From: a virus
IMG/VR virus record: IMGVR_UViG_3300010367_000012
Location: 84,856-112,476 of that record
Direction: 5' to 3' (one strand)
Length of the DNA stretch: 27,621 nucleotides
The notes below the pieces were generated by a model. The model did no database searches. It was given only the letters and a program-made list of their open reading frames with translations, and was not told the DNA's origin. Made by a program: the position numbers and the translations under genes. Shown in pieces: positions 8,107 through 15,440 of this stretch. Each line of letters starts with the position of its first letter. Position 1 is the first letter of the stretch.

Positions 8107-10509
8107 ATGGCAAATCCAAAAATTAGTACCCTAACCGATATCTTTCAGGTAGATGGTTTTGGTTTCTTTGGCTTTGGTGACGGGGGATTCGGTGGTTCAT
8201 ACGAGCTGCCGAATCCTCAGTGGAACACCAACAGCGGAAGCTACGGCTTTGATCCCATAGTAGGTCGTCCTTACATTGAGGCTACTAATACACCAAGCTA
8301 TGTCGGTGCTTCTCTATATGATCTAGAAGAAAGCAGCTTCTTTGCCAAGGTAACTCCAGCTCCTTCAGGTACTGGTGGTATTCAGACTGGTCTTCTGATT
8401 CGTTTCGACAGACACAATTATGTCGAGATGTCTTATGGACCTAATGGCCAGTTCAATGCTTATGTGTCTATTGATTCCGATATCACTGTTGCCACTATGC
8501 CTGAGTATGACGCTACGGCTCATGCCTTCTGGAGAATTCGCAACGAAGATCCTGTAAACCTATTCTTTGATACATCTCCCGATGGTCAGACATGGACAGA
8601 ACAGGGCTTCGTTCCTTTCCAGTGGGACATCACCAGCGTAACGGTATCCTTCTTTGCTGGTTTCTCTGGGCTAGAGAATCCGTATAACCTAGCGTACGTA
8701 TCCAATATCAATACTCCTGCTTCTACCTTGCAGCTTTCAGGTAGCGTTAACGGACGTACATCTATTGGCGGAGCCTACAGAATCACAGATCCAAATGCTT
8801 TGTCTGGTTCTGCAAATGCTCAGGCTGGTTTCCGTGGAAAGTTCACAGCTACTCTGGGTATTCCAGAGGGCGGACTTACCGACTTCGCTTTCAATTTTAA
8901 TCTACAAAGTGTTGATCCGGCTATCCTTAACCAGTGGACTCCTTCTAACTTCCTGAACTTCACAGGTACTAGCACTACTCTTAACTCTGCAAGTTGGCAG
9001 AGAGAATTCAATGCTTTCCAGATCCCTATGCCTTATAGAGATGGAAGCTATTTCCCTCCTGCTGCTTATGTAGATACTCAGTACAACGTCAGCTTCTCAC
9101 CTGACACTACCAATCAGAACCTGATGACCAGTGTTCAGATGGAACAGACATCAGGTCTGGATAACAGACTGCCTATCGACGCTTCTCTTTATCAGAATGG
9201 CTGTGCCTATTCTGGAAGCAGTTGTAGCATTACCCGCAGTTCCGAGCATGCTTTGAATGGTCAGTACGCTGGAAGAATCTCTAGCTCTACTGCTCCTATC
9301 GCTATTGGTGACGGTAACTTGGCTTACTGGTTGATTCCTCAGCGTAAGGCAATGGTTTCTGTTAGAAATGACGGACTAGGTACACAGGAATCCTTCTTCG
9401 GAAGTGTTTATTTCTCTACTACCAGAGCGAATACTATTTGGTTCGCTAGCATGGTCTATTACGATGTGAACTGGAATATCATTTCAGGTTCTACATCAGG
9501 TAGCACGTATACACATACCTCTATCACTAATAAGAACACCCATCCTGGTGGAGGAGTGTGGAGACAGGGAACTGTCTATGACAACAACGTACCAGCCAAC
9601 GCAGTATACGCTGCGGTTGTACCAGTCATTCAGAATCCTTCCAGCCTAGCTGAAATCACCTATGTAAGCAATCACTCTGTGACTACAGCTTCTATTGGAT
9701 TCACTGAGACACCTTCTGCTTATCAGCACCCAAGAACAGCACAGATTAGCGTAAAGGCTGACCGTGTGAACTACGTTCTGAATTCTGGATTCAATGCAGG
9801 ATCTAACTATTGGTTCAATGGAGTTGTTGGTGTATCAGGTTCTCCTATTCCAGGAACAATGGTCTGGGACAGCACAGTAGGTTACGGCTCAGCAGGTTCT
9901 TTGAGATATGACGTTGTACCAATCAGCGGTACCTTCACTGGTAACTCTGGTTCAAAGATCGGTCTAGCCACACAGGCTAACTTCAATGGTGGATCTAGAC
10001 AACCTGTTGTCCAAGGACTGAAGATTGGTCATACATATACCGTCACAGCTTGGGTTAATCAAGGCGATAACTGTCCCGATATTTACATGGATTTCCGAGA
10101 CAGTAACTCACTAGGTTTGACAGGGGTAAGTACAAACTCCACCAAGATTACTAATCCAGAAAGAATAGATGGAAATTGGACCAGAATCCAAGCCACTTAT
10201 ACGGTTCCTCCATCAGGATTAAGTGAGTATTATTTCTACTTCTATGTGAAGTTCCCAGATCTAGCTCATGCTCCTTTCTCATACTGGATTGATTCAATCA
10301 TGGTTGAAGAGGCTGTTGATTACCAGGGATACTTTGATGGTGGATATGCTTCTGCTGATTACAAGTGGGAATCTGGAGGAGCAGTTAACCTTTCTCGTTC
10401 TTACTACTACAAGGACTATGGAAATAAGTTCCTAAGACTTAATGCTGCACTACCTAATGTTCTTCCAGTAGGAGAGTATTACAATCTCCTATTTGCTCAA
10501 CCAGTTTAA
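8107..10509 (+). CDS. large minor tail / fibre protein with lectin-like and CBM4/9-like domains
   Basis: 800 aa. It carries a GFGFFGFG motif, a ConA-like segment (HAFWRIR...FDTSPDGQTWT) and a CBM-like domain (NYVLNSGF...GHTYTVTAWV...WTRIQATYT...WIDSIMVEE). Last gene before the terminator. Confidence 0.65.
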   Translation: MANPKISTLTDIFQVDGFGFFGFGDGGFGGSYELPNPQWNTNSGSYGFDPIVGRPYIEATNTPSYVGASLYDLEESSFFAKVTPAPSGTGGIQTGLLIRFDRHNYVEMSYGPNGQFNAYVSIDSDITVATMPEYDATAHAFWRIRNEDPVNLFFDTSPDGQTWTEQGFVPFQWDITSVTVSFFAGFSGLENPYNLAYVSNINTPASTLQLSGSVNGRTSIGGAYRITDPNALSGSANAQAGFRGKFTATLGIPEGGLTDFAFNFNLQSVDPAILNQWTPSNFLNFTGTSTTLNSASWQREFNAFQIPMPYRDGSYFPPAAYVDTQYNVSFSPDTTNQNLMTSVQMEQTSGLDNRLPIDASLYQNGCAYSGSSCSITRSSEHALNGQYAGRISSSTAPIAIGDGNLAYWLIPQRKAMVSVRNDGLGTQESFFGSVYFSTTRANTIWFASMVYYDVNWNIISGSTSGSTYTHTSITNKNTHPGGGVWRQGTVYDNNVPANAVYAAVVPVIQNPSSLAEITYVSNHSVTTASIGFTETPSAYQHPRTAQISVKADRVNYVLNSGFNAGSNYWFNGVVGVSGSPIPGTMVWDSTVGYGSAGSLRYDVVPISGTFTGNSGSKIGLATQANFNGGSRQPVVQGLKIGHTYTVTAWVNQGDNCPDIYMDFRDSNSLGLTGVSTNSTKITNPERIDGNWTRIQATYTVPPSGLSEYYFYFYVKFPDLAHAPFSYWIDSIMVEEAVDYQGYFDGGYASADYKWESGGAVNLSRSYYYKDYGNKFLRLNAALPNVLPVGEYYNLLFAQPV

Positions 10510-10521
10510 AGATAACTAATT

Positions 10522-10560
10522 AAAAGAGAGAGATATAGATAACCTATATCTCTCTCTTTT
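10522..10560. terminator. bidirectional intrinsic terminator closing the late operon
   Basis: Perfect 17-bp inverted repeat AAAAGAGAGAGATATAG-ataac-CTATATCTCTCTCTTTT with A/T runs at both ends, in an AT-rich intergenic region. Confidence 0.85.
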
Positions 10561-10584
10561 TATTTATATACATATATGTTTAAG

Positions 10585-10613
10585 AGGGTACTACGCTACC
10601 GTCCGTCCGTCAA
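10585..10613 (-). promoter_or_regulatory. putative leftward sigma70/HrdB-type promoter
   Basis: The minus strand reads TTGACG-N17-TACCCT. Confidence 0.5.
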
Positions 10614-10616
10614 GTC

Positions 10617-10625
10617 TGCTATGCT
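10617..10625 (+). promoter_or_regulatory. putative extended -10 promoter for the membrane-protein gene
   Basis: TGcTATGCT lies about 22 nt upstream of the ATG at 10648. There is no good -35. Confidence 0.35.
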
Positions 10626-10647
10626 GTCCTCTCAACTAAGGAGAAAC

Positions 10648-10923
10648 ATGGAATTTATCATAACCTGCCTAGCTGTGCTCTGGGCTTGGGTGTTAATTAA
10701 GAGCTTTTTATATTCATATCTTTACCAGATACCTGACTGGTTGATCCACTTGACAGTCATCCCTGGACTGGCGTACCTTGCTCTACATGCACCAGCGCAG
10801 TACGTACTGATCGCTGCTGTTGCTGGTGGAGTACTGCTACTTCATGGACTAGTGACTCAGGGTATACCCGCAGTTCGCAACACAGTCACGAGACGGAGAT
10901 CAAACATTCCGCCTCCGCCTTGA
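10648..10923 (+). CDS. small membrane protein (about 3 TM helices; holin-like topology possible)
   Basis: The ATG at 10648 follows SD AAGGAG and is preferred over 10576. 91 aa, three hydrophobic stretches and a basic C-terminal tail (TRRRSNIPPPP). Confidence 0.7.
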   Translation: MEFIITCLAVLWAWVLIKSFLYSYLYQIPDWLIHLTVIPGLAYLALHAPAQYVLIAAVAGGVLLLHGLVTQGIPAVRNTVTRRRSNIPPPP

Positions 10924-10948
10924 CAGATGCAGACGAACCACCTACATT
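10920..10948 (+). promoter_or_regulatory. putative strong sigma70/HrdB-type promoter
   Basis: TTGACA (10920-10925), 17 nt, then TACATT (10943-10948), upstream of SD AAGGAGG and the ATG at 10980. Confidence 0.7.
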
Positions 10949-10979
10949 CGTAGCAACACAAACGCCAAGGAGGCACTGA

Positions 10980-11972
10980 ATGACCCGCGAGTTCGATAAG
11001 GACCTGACCATCATGGTTGTAGGTTCCGGCAACGTTACCATGCAGCACCTGGAAGAGTCCATGGCTGAGTGGATCTTCGGTCCTGTGGAGGAGCGAGAGG
11101 TTCACGTTATCCTGCCTCTGCTCTCCAACATGGGTGGTGCTCTGCGCAACCTGATTAAGCTGGGTAAGGAGTGGGAGTTTAAGTTCACGGCTATTCATCC
11201 CACTGGCGTTTCAATGACGAAGGAGATCTCTGCTCTCCCCGAGGATTCTTTTATTCACGTTGATCACGAGCGTGAAGCCCTTGAGGCTGGTCTGTCTCTT
11301 CTGACTGCTGCTCACAGGGGTGGCCATGAGACTGCATTCATTCATGCCTATAACCCTGAGAACACTTATGAGAAGGACAATCCTGCCCTCTCTGACTTTG
11401 AGATCATTGGGGATGCCAAGAACTATCAGTGGCTTTCTACCCTGAATCTCTGTGAGGGTCTGGTGGATTCCTTTGAGGGATACAAGTCTACGGATGAGAT
11501 CCTGAAGGAGGAGAGGCTTCAGCGAGAGTTTGAGGAGAAGCAAAAGGCTGAGGAAGCTGCTAATCCCGCTCCTGAGAAGAAGGCTCCTGCGCCCCGTAAG
11601 CGGGCTGCAAAGAAGGTTGAGCCCCAGGAGTCCAAGCCGCTGGTTACAGAGCCTGAGAAGCCCCTTCAGGAGCCGTCTGAGCCTATCTGTGCCTGTGATG
11701 AGCAGACTCTTCTTCAGGTTCACACCAAGGAGCGTTGCTATGATCTTGAGACTGATCCTCGTAACGAGTTGTCTGCTGACGTTCCTATCGTCATCGGTCC
11801 TGCTCCTGACATTCAGGAGGACATCCGTGAGGCTCATGCTCAGGTTGAGAAGCGCAATATGGTTGCAGTCTCTCGTGATGATCTCGCTGAGCTGAGTCAG
11901 AACATCAAGGAGCTTACTGGTTCCTTCGGTAAGATCATGGACACGTTCACTCGCATTCTTAAGGATGGCTAA
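10980..11972 (+). CDS. hypothetical protein (alpha/beta N-domain, K/A/P-rich linker, C-terminal coiled coil)
   Basis: 330 aa with a strong SD, its own promoter and strongly biased codon usage. Confidence 0.85.
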   Translation: MTREFDKDLTIMVVGSGNVTMQHLEESMAEWIFGPVEEREVHVILPLLSNMGGALRNLIKLGKEWEFKFTAIHPTGVSMTKEISALPEDSFIHVDHEREALEAGLSLLTAAHRGGHETAFIHAYNPENTYEKDNPALSDFEIIGDAKNYQWLSTLNLCEGLVDSFEGYKSTDEILKEERLQREFEEKQKAEEAANPAPEKKAPAPRKRAAKKVEPQESKPLVTEPEKPLQEPSEPICACDEQTLLQVHTKERCYDLETDPRNELSADVPIVIGPAPDIQEDIREAHAQVEKRNMVAVSRDDLAELSQNIKELTGSFGKIMDTFTRILKDG

Positions 11973-12286
11973 TGGTATTTAAAGGCCGCTGCCAGAGAGA
12001 TATGACTTGTATTCTCGATAACGGCCACCTAGATGAATGTAAATTCACTAAGTGGCCAACGGCAGAAGAACTAAAAAAGCTGAAGCAAGTTGGTGGAGAT
12101 CACTATGAGAAGATGGCTATCCAGCCATGGGAAGTGATCGAACGTGGAGACCTTGACTTCTGGGAAGGCAACGTGGTTAAGTACGTCATGCGTTACCGAG
12201 CCAAGAATGGTCTAGAGGATCTTAAGAAGGCTCGACAGCACCTTGACTACTTGATCGAAAGGGAGCAGAAGCATGGCACTAGCTGA
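11972..12286 (+). CDS. DUF3310-family protein (T7 gp1.7-like nucleotide kinase family)
   Basis: QVGGDHY...IQPWEVI...FWEGNVVKYVMRY..KNGLEDLKKA..LDYLIE is the DUF3310 signature. Confidence 0.85.
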   Translation: MVFKGRCQRDMTCILDNGHLDECKFTKWPTAEELKKLKQVGGDHYEKMAIQPWEVIERGDLDFWEGNVVKYVMRYRAKNGLEDLKKARQHLDYLIEREQKHGTS

Positions 12287-12554
12287 TTTCGTCTTTGAGA
12301 TTAAGATGGACGAATGGCCTGAGTGGATCGGCAATGAGTTGTATTCCACTAAGGATCTCGCTGAGTACTTTGGCATTCAGGATTTTGAGAATACCTTCTA
12401 CGATAGGTATTTCGCTGACTATCCTGACGCTGAGTCGCCTGGTGAATTCAAGTGGGAGTTCGTCAGCAAGGGTCTCTACCACCTGTATGAGGATGGATCT
12501 CCTACGGGTGTCTCTATGAAGTTCCGCCATGTATATTCAGGAGGTAAGACGTGA
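12273..12554 (+). CDS. hypothetical protein
   Basis: 93 aa acidic ORF with SD GGGAG, overlapping both neighbours. Confidence 0.75.
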   Translation: MALADFVFEIKMDEWPEWIGNELYSTKDLAEYFGIQDFENTFYDRYFADYPDAESPGEFKWEFVSKGLYHLYEDGSPTGVSMKFRHVYSGGKT

Positions 12555-12646
12555 TTGTTCTTGCTGTAATCGGTGGAATCGTAGTCGGAAAGTACGTCAT
12601 TCAGGGATTCACAGCTCTATGGATTCTGCTTAGGTGGGGTAAGTGA
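12551..12646 (+). CDS. 31-aa membrane peptide (not in ORF track)
   Basis: GTG start, MIVLAVIGGIVVGKYVIQGFTALWILLRWGK*, SD GGAGG. GTGA overlaps at both ends fill the gap exactly. Confidence 0.7.
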   Translation: MIVLAVIGGIVVGKYVIQGFTALWILLRWGK

Positions 12647-13026
12647 CATCTCAGGATATCTGGGATGACTTGTGGGGATCTCCAAAGAAAGAGGAGGTCC
12701 CCGTTAAGTCTTCCTATAACTCTGTAGCACTAGCCAGATACTTTCAGGATCAATTCATAGGTGCCCCCTGGCATTCTGGATTTGGTATGGTAAATCTTCA
12801 GGCTCTAGCTGCTCAGTTTGCCAAGTGGAAGTCTCGCACGGACTCTGATACAGTCAAGGCAATGATCGATCTCTACATGACAGACGAGTCTCTGCGCGGG
12901 AAGAATCCCGGTTGGACAGACTTCCTTGGACATGCTGAGGCGATCAATGCTAAGCTGACAGCGAAGCCTGTCAAGGACAAGTGGGACCTGATTGAAGAGG
13001 AGTGGGAACGACAGAATGGCAATTAA
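12643..13026 (+). CDS. hypothetical protein, possible replication initiator / loader partner
   Basis: 127 aa, overlapping the DnaC-like gene. The function is inferred from position only. Confidence 0.7.
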   Translation: MTSQDIWDDLWGSPKKEEVPVKSSYNSVALARYFQDQFIGAPWHSGFGMVNLQALAAQFAKWKSRTDSDTVKAMIDLYMTDESLRGKNPGWTDFLGHAEAINAKLTAKPVKDKWDLIEEEWERQNGN

Positions 13027-13690
13027 GCTTTCAGATGAATTCTATGCCCAGCGATGGGAGCAGGCCAATATTCCTATCAAGTTCCGTGGAATCCGACTCG
13101 ACAAGTATGAGTCTCCCCATGCCTCTGGACGTGCAGCTAAGGAAGCTGCTCTAAGTTTTGTAGACAATTTTGAGGAGCACTATGTTTCAGCGAAGCGTGC
13201 TGCGGCGGGTATTTTTCCGGATAATCGAAGCAACGTTGGTCGCGGTCTGCTTCTTGCTGGCCGTAATGGTACTAGGAAATCCACTCTGGCGAATGCTATT
13301 TTGACAGAGATTCAGTATCGCAGTCCTTCCTATCGAGTCTTCTACATTCGATTCTCTGACTGGAAGAAGGCACTTACTGATACCTTTAGCAAGGAAGACA
13401 CAGAGGAGAAGACAAAGGGTCGCAAGATTCTGAAGCTTGCAGAGCTGTCACACCTGGTGGTACTGGACGATATCGGACAGGAACACCGTACTACCTCTGG
13501 CTTCACTGAGTCTTCCCTTCATGAGCTTCTTCGTGTACGCTACGAAGCAGCTCGACCAACTATTGTTACAACGAACATTAGTATGTCGGAGATTCCAGCA
13601 GTGTACGGAACTTCCTTCGACAGTTTTCGCCATGACGCTTTTGACCCCTATGTAATTGTGGGTCCTGATACTCGAAAGACCGATAATTAA
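13016..13690 (+). CDS. DnaC/IstB-like AAA+ helicase loader
   Basis: ANIP..F...L..Y, Walker A-like GRNGTRKS, Walker B LVVLDDIG.E and R....RPTIVTTN. ATG at 13016 follows GAGGAG. Confidence 0.85.
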   Translation: MAIKLSDEFYAQRWEQANIPIKFRGIRLDKYESPHASGRAAKEAALSFVDNFEEHYVSAKRAAAGIFPDNRSNVGRGLLLAGRNGTRKSTLANAILTEIQYRSPSYRVFYIRFSDWKKALTDTFSKEDTEEKTKGRKILKLAELSHLVVLDDIGQEHRTTSGFTESSLHELLRVRYEAARPTIVTTNISMSEIPAVYGTSFDSFRHDAFDPYVIVGPDTRKTDN

Positions 13691-13923
13691 TGACTGAATC
13701 CAATAACATTTTTGACCTCCTTGGAAAGATTGATTGGGAGGGCGGTATTACCGGAGTCCTGGACTACGGTATGCGGGACATTGAGGATTACGATGTCCCT
13801 GATACACTCAAGGACGCTTGGGCAGACATGGTAGCTGTCTACCAGGAGTTTGAGGGTTGTATGGAAGATGTGTATGCTGAGTTGCACCGTGCCGAAAATG
13901 GAGAGGAAGAGGAGCAAGAGTAA
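13690..13923 (+). CDS. small acidic hypothetical protein
   Basis: 77 aa, TAATG-coupled at both ends. Confidence 0.75.
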   Translation: MTESNNIFDLLGKIDWEGGITGVLDYGMRDIEDYDVPDTLKDAWADMVAVYQEFEGCMEDVYAELHRAENGEEEEQE

Positions 13924-14201
13924 TGGATGCTTACAAGGGAGTAGTTGAGGTCATCGGTATCCTGACGGATAACGGTATTACCATTCCTGACAATCCGTAT
14001 GATGAGCGAAGCCTTGAGGAGTCTCTGACTGATTTCCTTGAGCGATTCTTCGAAGAGGCGTACAGTGAGGGTCAGGAAGACGAGAGTGAAGTCACCTATG
14101 ACCGTGGTTATGACTCAGGTTATGACAGTGGTCGAGAGGCTGGCTATGAGGAAGGCTACGACGATGCTGTAAGCTCTGTTCGTAGCGCGCTTGATCTGTA
14201 G
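13923..14201 (+). CDS. small acidic protein with G-x-x-x-G repeats
   Basis: 92 aa containing YDRGYDSGYDSGREAGYEEGYDDA. Confidence 0.75.
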   Translation: MDAYKGVVEVIGILTDNGITIPDNPYDERSLEESLTDFLERFFEEAYSEGQEDESEVTYDRGYDSGYDSGREAGYEEGYDDAVSSVRSALDL

Positions 14202-14244
14202 TTCCAACAGGGTTTCCAGGAGACTGGAGGCCCGATTGGAATTA
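14199..14244 (+). other. long intergenic RNA hairpin (terminator or processing site)
   Basis: TAGTTCCAA-ca-GGGTTTCCAG-gaga-CTGGAGGCCC-ga-TTGGAATTA has G-U pairs, a GAGA loop and no U-tract. Confidence 0.6.
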
Positions 14245-14260
14245 TCGATAAGGAGGAGAA

Positions 14261-15160
14261 ATGCGAAACATTATCCTGACGACTGGACTTCCCGGCTCAG
14301 GTAAGAGCACCTATGCACACAAGCTCATAGCTCAATCAAACGGTGAAGTCATTGGTGTTTCTCGTGATGAGATTCGCAAGATGATTGGGTGCTTTCCGAT
14401 TGGTGACAAGAACCAGGAGGATTTGGTATCCAAGATTCAGGATGACATCATTGTCCGTGCTATTAAAGAAGGTAAGGGAGTTATCGTTCACGATACCAAT
14501 CTGAATAAGAAGTCTCCTACTCGAATTAAGAAGCTTTTCGATGGTGATGTTGAGTTCCTTATTGCTGACTTCACCAATGTTCCTATTGATATCTGCATTG
14601 AGCAGGACATGCGACGTGAGAATCCTGTGGGTGAGACGATCATCAGGAACATGGCCAAGCAGCTTCAGAAGCCCTGGAGACTGACCCCAGAGTTCATGAA
14701 CGATGTCGTTCTGTCAGCGCCTCTAGAGTACGATCCTGCCCTTCCTTGGGCTGTTGTATTCGATACTGACGGTACGACTGCACATCACAACCGTTCACCC
14801 TACGACTACGCTCGTTGCTACACCGATTCGGTTGATCCCAACATGCGTATGCTTCTTCGTATCATCAATGAGCAGGGAGCATTCGACAGGATCGCGCTCA
14901 TTGGTATGTCTGGTCGTCCTGACACGTGGCGAGACATGACAGAGCAGTGGTACAGGACCAATCAGATTTGGTACGATGAGTTCTACATGCGTGAGGCTGG
15001 AGACAGTCGTAACGATGCAGATGTCAAGCAAGAGATGGTCGACAAGTACATCCGTGGTAAGTACAATGTCCTGATGTGGTTCGATGATCGTGATCGTGTT
15101 GTCCGTCGTCTGCGCAAGCTAGAGATTAAGACAGCACAGGTAGCTTACGGAGATTTCTAA
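14261..15160 (+). CDS. pseT: polynucleotide 5'-kinase / 3'-phosphatase (T4 PseT/Pnkp-like)
   Basis: The kinase domain has P-loop GLPGSGKST, SRDEIR and HDTNL. The HAD phosphatase has DTDGT, SGR, MR..GD.R.D..VK and FDDR. Confidence 0.92.
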   Translation: MRNIILTTGLPGSGKSTYAHKLIAQSNGEVIGVSRDEIRKMIGCFPIGDKNQEDLVSKIQDDIIVRAIKEGKGVIVHDTNLNKKSPTRIKKLFDGDVEFLIADFTNVPIDICIEQDMRRENPVGETIIRNMAKQLQKPWRLTPEFMNDVVLSAPLEYDPALPWAVVFDTDGTTAHHNRSPYDYARCYTDSVDPNMRMLLRIINEQGAFDRIALIGMSGRPDTWRDMTEQWYRTNQIWYDEFYMREAGDSRNDADVKQEMVDKYIRGKYNVLMWFDDRDRVVRRLRKLEIKTAQVAYGDF

Positions 15161-15246
15161 TGCCACTAAGTCCAAAGGAAGAGCCTAAGTGCCCTGACTG
15201 CAACTGCGACGCTACTTCATGTCAGTGTGGTAGAAAGAAGAGTTAA
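15160..15246 (+). CDS. 28-aa Cys-rich peptide (not in ORF track)
   Basis: MPLSPKEEPKCPDCNCDATSCQCGRKKS*, with TAATG overlaps at both ends. Confidence 0.7.
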   Translation: MPLSPKEEPKCPDCNCDATSCQCGRKKS

Positions 15247-15440
15247 TGGCTAAATGGGGAAAGAACAATCCGAAAGATGAACTTATCCTCCAGCGCTATG
15301 AAAATGGCTCTTGGATATTCGTTGAAGTGGTAGGTGTGAACGGTGCAGCTAGAAAATGTAGAGGCATAGCCAACAGGACAGGGAAGAAACACCGTGTCTG
15401 GGATACCGGGAAGAGTGAAATTTACTGTGAGTGCGAATGA
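15246..15440 (+). CDS. small basic hypothetical protein
   Basis: 64 aa, translationally coupled on both sides. Confidence 0.7.
   Translation: MAKWGKNNPKDELILQRYENGSWIFVEVVGVNGAARKCRGIANRTGKKHRVWDTGKSEIYCECE

Noticed and set aside
11211-11837. 208-aa minus-strand ORF
   Set aside because: It is an in-register shadow of the 10980 gene caused by absence of TTA/CTA/TCA codons, with Leu-rich nonsense composition.
12643-13026. Iteron-containing origin within the putative initiator gene
   Set aside because: No convincing direct repeats or AT-rich unwinding element are visible in this ORF.
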